Source: Verrucomicrobiota bacterium (GTDB lineage: Bacteria > Verrucomicrobiota > Verrucomicrobiia > Limisphaerales > SXQI01). Taken from it: 64,000 nucleotides of DNA. The DNA is taken from positions 18,387-82,386 of the forward strand of contig JANRLX010000103.1 in NCBI GenBank assembly GCA_033762115.1, written 5' to 3'. The notes below the pieces were generated by a model. The model worked only from the letters and a program-made list of their open reading frames with translations, did no database searches and was not told the origin of the DNA. Position numbers and translations under genes: made by a program. Below, piece after piece: positions 9,862 through 17,316 of this stretch. Each line of letters opens with the position of its first letter. The stretch's first letter is position 1.

Positions 9862-10686
9862 TCAGAGCCTCGGATCAACAGGTTCGCTTTCAAGGGCCAA
9901 AACGCCGAAGACGCATTCGTGGACGCGGCGGAGTGGTTCGTGGCGGACAAGGCGTTCGAGGGCTTCGATGCCGAGGGCAAACTCGCGCAGGGCGAGTGAT
10001 CGTTTCGCGCCAAGTCCCCGTGACCGCAAGCGTTCTAAGTTCTCAGGCGCGGTGTATTCGGGGCCGTAGATGATGCGCAGGTATTCACGGCCCCGGCAAT
10101 AATGCTTATCGTTGTCGAGCACGGGCAGGAGCACATAAAGATGAGTGAGCAGATTGCGGAGCGCGATGTTCGCTTCGAGGGTAAGGCGGAAGTATCGACT
10201 CTGTCCCCATTCGGAAAAGTTTTCATCCAGAGGGCGCGGTTCAGCAGTAACTCTGTATCCCAGCGGCTCGAAGAGGCGCTTCAGCAATTCTTCTCCTGCG
10301 TGACAGGGCATTGACGAGATGACCGTTCTCAGCGGGATCGCCGCATCTACCAATTCCGCTCGATCCTTCGCCTTACCGGCCATCGCACTACTGAAAACAT
10401 CGCCAAGCGCGACACTCAGGAACGAGGACGCGACGTACGGCCGGTCATTCACGTACTGCTCCAGCGAGCGGCCTTCACCTGCCGGGCCACGGCGGTTGCG
10501 CACCAACCCCACCGGATCGACTTCAAGGAGCAGAGCGGCAGTGCAAACTTGCTCGGTGGCTTCCGGGTAAAAGACGTGCGCCCGGCCAAAACTCTGTTCA
10601 AAAATGTGAGTTTTGCCTGGATGTTTCCGTAAAAGATGCCCCAAGTCAGTGGCAGGCTGGTACGTTGTGGAGATCGTCAGCAACAT
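9862..10686 (-). CDS. Chimeric ORF: Hen1 N-terminal domain (aa 1-196) fused in frame to the last ~78 aa of polynucleotide kinase-phosphatase (Pnkp); likely a deletion remnant of an RNA-repair cassette
   Basis: 'MLLTISTTYQPATDLGHLLRKHP...AHVFYPEA...CTAALLLEVDPVGLVR...LEQYVNDRPYVASSFLSVA...HLYVLLPVLDNDKHY' is the bacterial Hen1 N-domain. It switches abruptly to 'CRGREYLRIIYGPEYT...LERLRSRGLG.KRSLALREFALGIEALERLV..EPL.RVHECVFGVLALESEPVDPRL', which is the Pnkp C-terminus. No methyltransferase, kinase or phosphatase motifs are present. Confidence 0.7.
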   Translation of the reverse strand: MLLTISTTYQPATDLGHLLRKHPGKTHIFEQSFGRAHVFYPEATEQVCTAALLLEVDPVGLVRNRRGPAGEGRSLEQYVNDRPYVASSFLSVALGDVFSSAMAGKAKDRAELVDAAIPLRTVISSMPCHAGEELLKRLFEPLGYRVTAEPRPLDENFSEWGQSRYFRLTLEANIALRNLLTHLYVLLPVLDNDKHYCRGREYLRIIYGPEYTAPENLERLRSRGLGAKRSLALREFALGIEALERLVRHEPLRRVHECVFGVLALESEPVDPRL

Positions 10687-10792
10687 CAGCGTGAGGAACG
10701 CTATCCGGCAGCTCCAACTGCGGCAAGGTTAGAAAAATCTCCGGAAGGCTTTGCAAAGAAAGGACAAGGTGAAGCAACCGTTCTGAAAAAGT

Positions 10793-10869
10793 TGGAGCGA
10801 GCGAAGGGATTCGAACCCTCGACGTTCACCTTGGCAAGGTGATGCTCTACCAGACTGAGCTACGCTCGC
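10793..10869 (-). tRNA. tRNA-Gly (anticodon GCC), CCA encoded
   Basis: The reverse complement is GCGAGCG-TA-GCTC-AGTCTGGTA-GAGC-A-TCACC-TTGCCAA-GGTGA-ACGTC-GAGGG-TTCGAAT-CCCTT-CGCTCGC-T-CCA. It folds as a 77-nt cloverleaf with anticodon loop TT-GCC-AA. Confidence 0.95.
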
Positions 10870-11057
10870 AGCCGATTAACCTCGCAACCATAGAGCACTG
10901 CCGGTCGATTGCAAGTGTTGTTTTTCTCTCTCGGTATCGATCTCCACCAGTCCAACCCCGGCCAGCGAGCTGGTTCCGAGACTGACAGGGGTGATGCAGT
11001 CAACCATCGTTACGGTTGGTTTACCGCATGCGGCGGCCAGGTTCGGATATTCAGATC

Positions 11058-12524
11058 TTACCGCACCTGGACAGTGAATCGTTCGGTGTGGATCTGGTTG
11101 TGGAAGCGGGTTTGGAGCCAGATGTGGTACTCGCCTGTCTCGGGAAAGGCATAGGGAAAGCTGAGGTCTTCATCCGGCTTGCCGCAGATGAGGTCGGCGG
11201 GGTTTTGAAACAGTCGCGGGTTTTTCTCGCGTCGGGCAAAGAGTTCCTGTGATTTCATGGAGACGGTTCCCAGTGGGTGCAGATGGGTGAAGACCGCGCC
11301 ATCGTGGCGGCGGATGATGGCGTGCCCGTACATGCCCATGTACGGCTGGAGCAGGACGCGGTTGCCCGCACGGTCGTGGACGGTGAAGAGGAGATTGGTC
11401 TGTTCGTTGCGGCGATATTCCTTCTGGGGCAGTTCGAGCCTGAGCAATTTTTCCTCCTGTGAGGTGGCGGTGAAATGGAAGGAATCGTCTTCATCGGAGA
11501 AGGTCACCGGCGCGGAGGGGGAATGGGCAATGGAGACCATGCCGGTCAAGGTTTGGGCAAAACCGCTTTCCTGGGTGATATCCGCATAGAGATGATAATC
11601 ACCGGAAGGAAGCGGCGGGAGGGTTGCGCGGAAGTGGTGTTCTCTGGTTTGCAAGGGGTGGAGATGGGCAAAGGCTTTGGCATCCTCGCGATGGACCAGG
11701 AAGAGGTGCATGAGTTTTCCATGCTCGGGAACGAGGGGTGTGGCATCCTGTTTCCAGCTTTTGGCTTCGATGGCAATTTCCAGTTCAGGTGTTGCGCCGG
11801 GTGTCACGGAAGCTTTGAGGACGCCTGTTTGGAAGAGGCGATTATTCCTGAAATGGCTGTCCACAGTGTCCCACCACCGTTTCCCCACGAGCAGGACGAG
11901 GGTGATGAGGATGGTGGCGATGGTCATTGCGAGCCGGGAACGCAGCAGTTGCGGTGGGGCGGGGAGAGCCGTGGGAGCGAGGGTGCTTTCACGAACGGCG
12001 CCTCCGACGATTGCAATGAGGAGCAGGACCAGAATAGCGCCGACGGTTAAAAAGAGGGTTCCCATCCAGGGGGGCATGGGCTGGCGGGTTTGCGCGATGG
12101 AATTGAGGGGAACGACTGCGGTGCCTTTGCCCTGGTCTGTTTCGACATTGACGAAGACGCTGTAGGCACCGGAATTCATGAGCCAGAGTTGCGCGCTGTA
12201 GAGGTTGCTCGTGCCCTTGACCAGGAGGGCGGGGTCCGGGGGCGGGGCTCCTTTTGTCCCGGCATCCCAGCGAACCGGCAGAACGGAGACTGCGGCTTTT
12301 GCACTGTTCGGAACGCGCACGTTGATGCTGGCCAGTCCGGGGACCACCAATGGAGGGGTGATGCTGACGGTGATCCGGTTGGAGCCAGCCATGCCGTCAA
12401 AGAAAACGTTCGGGCTGCCGATGTGTGCGCTGGCTGGAAGGGAGAGGAGGAGCAGAATCGATAACAGCAGGAATTGCACAGGGTTAAGATGCGCGAAATT
12501 TTCCAAAAGAACAGGTGAATCCAT
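11058..12524 (-). CDS. Hypothetical membrane protein with signal peptide, two central TM helices and a duplicated His-rich ('HLHPL') beta-domain
   Basis: Signal-like 'LLLSILLLLSLPASA'. TM 'LFLTVGAILVLLLIAIVGG' and 'MTIATILITLVLLV'. Two related segments: 'GKLMHLFLVHREDAKAFAHLHPL...GDYHLYADI' and 'GMYGHAIIRRHDGAVFTHLHPL...GEYHIWLQT'. I recognised no family. Confidence 0.55.
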   Translation of the reverse strand: MDSPVLLENFAHLNPVQFLLLSILLLLSLPASAHIGSPNVFFDGMAGSNRITVSITPPLVVPGLASINVRVPNSAKAAVSVLPVRWDAGTKGAPPPDPALLVKGTSNLYSAQLWLMNSGAYSVFVNVETDQGKGTAVVPLNSIAQTRQPMPPWMGTLFLTVGAILVLLLIAIVGGAVRESTLAPTALPAPPQLLRSRLAMTIATILITLVLLVGKRWWDTVDSHFRNNRLFQTGVLKASVTPGATPELEIAIEAKSWKQDATPLVPEHGKLMHLFLVHREDAKAFAHLHPLQTREHHFRATLPPLPSGDYHLYADITQESGFAQTLTGMVSIAHSPSAPVTFSDEDDSFHFTATSQEEKLLRLELPQKEYRRNEQTNLLFTVHDRAGNRVLLQPYMGMYGHAIIRRHDGAVFTHLHPLGTVSMKSQELFARREKNPRLFQNPADLICGKPDEDLSFPYAFPETGEYHIWLQTRFHNQIHTERFTVQVR

Positions 12525-12580
12525 GGTGCGCGCTGGTCAACTTGTCTCTTTTCTGCTTGGCTTTTTGTGTGGGAAAAAAC

Positions 12581-14875
12581 ATGTGTCGGAAATTTCTCCT
12601 TCTTTTGCTTCTGCTCGCTGGCCTTGTCCGGGCCGAGGATGTGACGCCGCAAACTCCCTATCAACCATTGGCGGAGATGCTGGAAACCGTGATCAAGTGG
12701 GAGATGGAGCAAAAGGGAATCGATGGCCTTTCCATTGCGCTGGTGGATGACCAGCAGGTGGTCTGGTCGCGGGGATTCGGCTATGCGGATCGTGAGGAGA
12801 AAAAGTTCGCCTCCGCAGACACGGTTTACCGCGTGGGATCGGTTTCAAAGTTATTCACTGACCTAGTGGTGATGCAAATGGTTCAGCAGGGAAAGGTCAG
12901 CCTCGACACGCCGATCGAGCGTTACATTCCAAAACTGAGGGTGGGTAATTCGTTTGGAACAGCGATCACGATCCGGCAACTGATGTCTCATCGGGCAGGG
13001 ATTGTCCGGGAACCGCCGCTGGGAAGTTATTTTGATGCGAGTTCCCCTTCGATTGCCTCAACGGCCCTGAGCCTGAACTCAACCGAACTGATTTATGAGC
13101 CGGGCACAGAAACCAAATATTCGAATGCGGGGATTACACTGCTGGGTTACCTGGTCGAGCAGATGGAACGTCGTTCTTTCGACGATGTGGTGAGGGATGC
13201 CATCCTGGAGCCGTACGGGATGAATTCCAGCGGGTTTGTGATGAGTGAGCGTTTGCGTCGTGAACGTGCGCGGGGAAAAATGTGGACGTTGCATGGAGCG
13301 CAGTTCGATGCGCCGCAATTTGAATTTGGGATCGCACCGGCGGGGAACCTTTACAGCAGCGTCAATGACCTGGCGAAGTTCATGTCCGTGCTGATGAACA
13401 AGGGTGAGCATCGCAAGCAGCGATTGTTGCGGGAGGATTTGTTGGAGTCGATGTGGGAAGTGCAGTTCGCGGCAAAGGGGCAAAGCAATGGGTTCGGACT
13501 GGGTTTCGATTTATGGGACCTGGAGGGGCGCAGGGTGATCGGCCATGACGGAGCGGTTTACGGTTTTGCGACGTCGTTCAATTTCATGCCGGACGCAAAA
13601 ATCGGCGTGATTGTGGCAGTGAACAAGGACCTGGCGAACAGCACGACGATCCGAATCAGCAGTGAGGCGATGCGTGGGATGCTCGCGATCAAGGCAGGGA
13701 AACCGTTGCGGAAGGCGGAACAGATGCAAGCCCTGACACTGGAGCAAGTCAATGAATTCAAGGGGATTTATTCCGGAACGGATGGGCGCTGGATCGATCT
13801 GCGGCAGACAGGGACAAACCTTTACGCTTTCAATCAAAAGGGTGGGTTTGTCAGTTTTCTTGGAAGGATTGGAAATCAGCTGATCATCGAGGATGGACCG
13901 GAACTGACACTAACGGGCGGTGTCATGAAAATCGGTGATCGCACCCTAAGGAAGAGCTCTTCTCCCGCACCAGCGGTAAAAACAGAGCTGCTGGAGTACA
14001 TTGGTGAATATGGGCCGGAGCACAATATTCTCTATATTTTTGAGCAGCAGGGTGAGCTTTGGGCATTGATCGAATGGTTTGAATTCAACCCCCTGAAACC
14101 TGCCGGGCTGGACCGGTTCAAGTTTCCTGAAACCGGTGTGATGTATCGCGGAGAAGAGATCCTGTTCAGCCGTGGCAAGGATGGAAAAGTCAGCGAGGCA
14201 ATTGCTGGAGGTGTTGTTTTCAAGCGGCGTGGCGCGTCCGGCGTTTCCTGGCAATCCACGGGAGAGATTTCAAAAATTTTAAAAAAGTCCCTCTATGCCG
14301 ACCCACCAAAAGAGGAAGGGGAGTTCAGGAAGCCGGAACTGGTTGAAGTGAAGGATCTCGATCCAACGCTCCGATTGGATGTGCGTTATGCCACGACGAA
14401 TAATTTCCTTGGAACAAGGATTTATGAGACGCCTCGTGTGTTTCTGCAAAAACCGGCGGCTGAAGCGTTGGTGCGGGCGCACCGATCCTTAAAAAAACAA
14501 GGTTATGGATTGCTGCTGCTGGATGGCTACTGTCCCTGGTATGTAACAAAAACTTTTTGGGATGCCACCCCGCCGCGTTACCAGGAGTTCCTGGCTGATC
14601 CGGCCAAGGGGTCAAGGCATAACCGGGGGGCGGCGATTGACGTGACCCTATTTGATTTGGTGAGCGGAAGGGCAGTTGAAATGCCCAGCGAATATGATGA
14701 GATGACCGCCCGTTCCTACCCTGATTATATCGGAGGCACTTCAGCGCAAAGGAGAGGCAGGGACATTCTTCGTAAAGCCTTGGAACAGGAGTGGTTTACA
14801 GTTTATCCAGTCGAATGGTGGCACTTCGATTTCAAGGATTGGAAAAAATATCCGATACTGAACCAGAGTTTTTGA
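12581..14875 (+). CDS. Secreted fusion protein: beta-lactamase-family serine hydrolase + linker domain + VanX/DdpX-type (M15D) D-Ala-D-Ala dipeptidase
   Basis: N-terminal half has 'GSVSKLFT' (SxxK), 'YSNAG' and 'GHDGAVYGF'. C-terminal half aligns to VanX: 'GYGLLLLDGYCPW', 'GSRHNRGAAIDVTL', 'VEWWHFDF'. I moved the start to ATG 12581 (signal peptide MCRKFLLLLLLLAGLVRA); the 12515 start overlaps the divergent gene. Confidence 0.85.
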   Translation: MCRKFLLLLLLLAGLVRAEDVTPQTPYQPLAEMLETVIKWEMEQKGIDGLSIALVDDQQVVWSRGFGYADREEKKFASADTVYRVGSVSKLFTDLVVMQMVQQGKVSLDTPIERYIPKLRVGNSFGTAITIRQLMSHRAGIVREPPLGSYFDASSPSIASTALSLNSTELIYEPGTETKYSNAGITLLGYLVEQMERRSFDDVVRDAILEPYGMNSSGFVMSERLRRERARGKMWTLHGAQFDAPQFEFGIAPAGNLYSSVNDLAKFMSVLMNKGEHRKQRLLREDLLESMWEVQFAAKGQSNGFGLGFDLWDLEGRRVIGHDGAVYGFATSFNFMPDAKIGVIVAVNKDLANSTTIRISSEAMRGMLAIKAGKPLRKAEQMQALTLEQVNEFKGIYSGTDGRWIDLRQTGTNLYAFNQKGGFVSFLGRIGNQLIIEDGPELTLTGGVMKIGDRTLRKSSSPAPAVKTELLEYIGEYGPEHNILYIFEQQGELWALIEWFEFNPLKPAGLDRFKFPETGVMYRGEEILFSRGKDGKVSEAIAGGVVFKRRGASGVSWQSTGEISKILKKSLYADPPKEEGEFRKPELVEVKDLDPTLRLDVRYATTNNFLGTRIYETPRVFLQKPAAEALVRAHRSLKKQGYGLLLLDGYCPWYVTKTFWDATPPRYQEFLADPAKGSRHNRGAAIDVTLFDLVSGRAVEMPSEYDEMTARSYPDYIGGTSAQRRGRDILRKALEQEWFTVYPVEWWHFDFKDWKKYPILNQSF

Positions 14876-15042
14876 TCGATTCGCGCCAGGCAGTGCCATC
14901 CTTGGAAGGAAGCAGCCGAAGAAAGGAGCGTGAGGTGCCGATCATGTAGCATTTTTGCTCTTTGCATCGCGGCAATTATATATGGCGGACGATGAACGAC
15001 CGAAAGGGTGATATCATGGATAAATCCCTGCTCGGAACTCGC

Positions 15043-15070
15043 TTGACCCCTGTAGGCAAGCTGTTATAAC
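15043..15070 (+). promoter_or_regulatory. Candidate sigma-70-type promoter upstream of the HU/IHF gene
   Basis: TTGACC (15043-15048), 16-nt spacer, TATAAC (15065-15070), about 50 nt upstream of the ATG at 15120. Confidence 0.35.
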
Positions 15071-15119
15071 GCCAAACGATAGCGCGTCGGGATGTCGGTC
15101 AACTTAATCAACCCAGCCT

Positions 15120-15488
15120 ATGACAAAGCGTGACTTGGTCGTTCGGATCAGCGAGGAAAGCGGAATAGTTCAACAACAGGTCCTCGAAGTGGTTCAAAAA
15201 ACTTTGGATTACATTGCCGAGGCAGTGGCCAAGGGAAAAAAAGTTGAACTGCGAAATTTCGGCGTTTTTGAAGTTAAAGTCCGCAAGGCGCGGGTTGGCC
15301 GCAATCCCAATTCCCCCGCTGCTGATGTTCCAATTCCTCCCCGGGCAGTGGTCAAATTCAAACCTGGCAAGGAGATGCGCGAAGCAGTCCTCAAGCTGAC
15401 GCCGCAGGATATCCAGAAAGCTGAAGCGGAACAGGCTGCCCAGGCTTCACAGACCGGGGTCAACAACGGCAGTTCGGTTCAATTGTAA
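15120..15488 (+). CDS. HU/IHF-family DNA-binding protein with C-terminal extension
   Basis: 'MTKRDLVVRISEE...', 'ELRNFGVFEVKVRKARVGRNPNSPAADVPIPPRAVVKFKPGKEM' (beta-arm with Pro). Confidence 0.9.
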   Translation: MTKRDLVVRISEESGIVQQQVLEVVQKTLDYIAEAVAKGKKVELRNFGVFEVKVRKARVGRNPNSPAADVPIPPRAVVKFKPGKEMREAVLKLTPQDIQKAEAEQAAQASQTGVNNGSSVQL

Positions 15489-15554
15489 TCGAATTGCAGG
15501 CAGCGCTTGCCTTGACTCGGTGGCCGGACCCTGATTGCATGGGATTCACTCCAT

Positions 15555-16172
15555 ATGATCAAGTCTCTTCAATTGCCGCTCCTGATTTGTTTCACCGGTT
15601 TGCTGCATGCTGCTGAAACGAAAATTTTCGATGGCAAAACCTTCCGGGGTTGGGAGGGGGACACCAACAAGACCTTTAAAATAATCGATGGGGCCATTGT
15701 CGGCGGCACGTTGAAGGAGCCGATTCCACGCAATGAATTCCTTTGCACCACGAGGAGCTACACCAACTTTGTGCTCAAGCTGAAATTCAAGCTTGTCGGT
15801 AAAGGTGCCAATGCCGGAATCCAGTTCCGCACGAAACGAATTCCCAATCATCATGAGGTCAGCGGGTATCAGGCGGACATGGGTGACCCTGAATGGTGGG
15901 GGTGCCTTTACGATGAATCGCGCCGAAATAAAATCCTCGCAAAATCGGACATGAGCAAAATCAAGCCGGTGTTTCACCCGGAGGATTGGAATGAATATGT
16001 GATTCGCGCGGAGGGAGACCGGATTCAACTTTTCATCAACGGGGTGCAAACGGTTGATTACACTGAAAAAGAGGAAGGGATCGAGAAGAGCGGGGTGATC
16101 GCGGTGCAGATTCATTCCGGGCCGCCGAGCGAAGCCTGGTACAAAGAGATCACCATTGAGGAACTGCCGTAA
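15555..16172 (+). CDS. DUF1080 (3-keto-disaccharide hydrolase-like) secreted protein
   Basis: Signal peptide, then 'IFDGKTFRGWEGDTNKTFKIIDGAIVGG', 'NFVLKLKFKL...NAGIQFR', 'GYQADM', 'IAVQIHSG'. Confidence 0.8.
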   Translation: MIKSLQLPLLICFTGLLHAAETKIFDGKTFRGWEGDTNKTFKIIDGAIVGGTLKEPIPRNEFLCTTRSYTNFVLKLKFKLVGKGANAGIQFRTKRIPNHHEVSGYQADMGDPEWWGCLYDESRRNKILAKSDMSKIKPVFHPEDWNEYVIRAEGDRIQLFINGVQTVDYTEKEEGIEKSGVIAVQIHSGPPSEAWYKEITIEELP

Positions 16173-16236
16173 CCGTTCCAAAAAGGGGCTCCATTTGTAA
16201 TGTCCGGTTTTCACATTTTTCTTAAAATGAACTGAT

Positions 16237-17292
16237 ATGGGAATACTTGATTTTATCCGTGGGGAGTTGATCGAAATCATCGAGTGGAATGATGATTCAC
16301 GAGATACCCTGGCGGTTCGTTTTCCGGACAATGACCGGGAGATCAAACGTGGCGCGCAACTGATCGTCCGCGAATCCCAGGTGGCGCAGTTTGTTTACCT
16401 GGGACAGTTCGGCGATACCTTTGGTCCGGGAAAACATTCGCTCGTCACTGAGAACATTCCAATTCTCACCACGCTTGCCTCCTGGAAGTACGGATTTGAA
16501 AGCCCTTTCAAGGCGGATGTTTATTACGTCGTCACCCGCAAATTCACCGGGAACAAATGGGGAACATCAAACCCGGTCATGTTGCGTGACAACGATTTTG
16601 GGGTGGTTCGCGCCCGGGCGTTTGGCACTTACGATTTTCAGATTGTCGATCCACGGACATTTCTGCGGGAGGTCGCCGGGACTGACCATCATTTCCGCCT
16701 CAATGAATTTGAGGAAACGATGCGGTCGCGGCTGGTCAGCGTGTTCAGCGAAGCGCTCGCGCAATCGGGCGTGCCTGTGATGGAGATTGCACGACGCTAC
16801 ACGGAATTGGGGGAATCACTCCTGCCGTTGATCAACCCAATGACCAAAGCGAAGTATGGCCTGGAAATAACCAGCTTTGTGGTGGAGAACGTCTCCGTGC
16901 CGCCGGAGGTGGAGCAGGCGATTGACAAACGGGCGAGCATGTCTGCGATCAAGGACCTGAACGAATATGTGAAATACCAGATGGCCCAGGGGATAGGCCA
17001 GGGACAAAGCGTGGCCGCTGGGACCGCCACGGAACTGGCGGTGGGAATGGCCCTCGCCCAGCAGTTCATGCAACAGCAGGGAGGCTTGCTCGGCAAACCG
17101 GCCGCTGCAACGCCCTCCCCTGCCGCGGCTGGGGTCGGTTTTGATCTTTTGACCCCCGCCGCTGCGGCTGAGTTGCTGGGTGTTGCGGAAGCGGATGTGT
17201 TGGCCAGCATCAGTTCCGGGGAACTCAAGGCAAAGAAAATCGGGAGCACGTATCGGGTGACCCGCGCAGCCCTGGAAGAGTTTTTGAAGTAG
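16237..17292 (+). CDS. SPFH/band-7 family protein (COG4260 'virion core protein-like', YdjI-like) with C-terminal excisionase/MerR-type HTH
   Basis: 'MGILDFIRGELIEIIEWNDDSRDTLAVRFPDNDREIKRGAQLIVRESQVAQFVYLGQ' is typical of the family. A Gln/Ala/Pro-rich linker follows. The tail 'LLTPAAAAELLGVAEADVLASISSGELKAKKIGSTYRVTRAALEEFL' resembles the excisionase HTH_17 motif. Confidence 0.75.
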   Translation: MGILDFIRGELIEIIEWNDDSRDTLAVRFPDNDREIKRGAQLIVRESQVAQFVYLGQFGDTFGPGKHSLVTENIPILTTLASWKYGFESPFKADVYYVVTRKFTGNKWGTSNPVMLRDNDFGVVRARAFGTYDFQIVDPRTFLREVAGTDHHFRLNEFEETMRSRLVSVFSEALAQSGVPVMEIARRYTELGESLLPLINPMTKAKYGLEITSFVVENVSVPPEVEQAIDKRASMSAIKDLNEYVKYQMAQGIGQGQSVAAGTATELAVGMALAQQFMQQQGGLLGKPAAATPSPAAAGVGFDLLTPAAAAELLGVAEADVLASISSGELKAKKIGSTYRVTRAALEEFLK

Positions 17293-17316
17293 GCTGCTGC
17301 GGTCCCTTCTTCCGCC

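Noticed and set aside
10687-11057. Search for integrase remnants or a direct repeat of the tRNA-Gly 3' end flanking the tRNA
   Set aside because: Nothing was recognisable by eye on either side, so I made no att-site or mobile-element call.
12515-12580. N-terminal extensions proposed by the ORF track (also 3727-3885, 23941-24024, 30078-30263, 31010-31105, 48670-48741, 50333-50407, 43715-43786)
   Set aside because: The extensions overlap neighbouring genes or terminators and precede obvious signal peptides or canonical N-termini. Internal ATGs give family-typical lengths.
15546-16346. 266-aa minus-strand ORF covering the DUF1080 gene and the start of the SPFH gene
   Set aside because: It is antisense to two ORFs with clear family motifs, has no recognisable motif of its own, and has an Arg/Ser/Pro-rich composition typical of shadow ORFs in GC-rich DNA.
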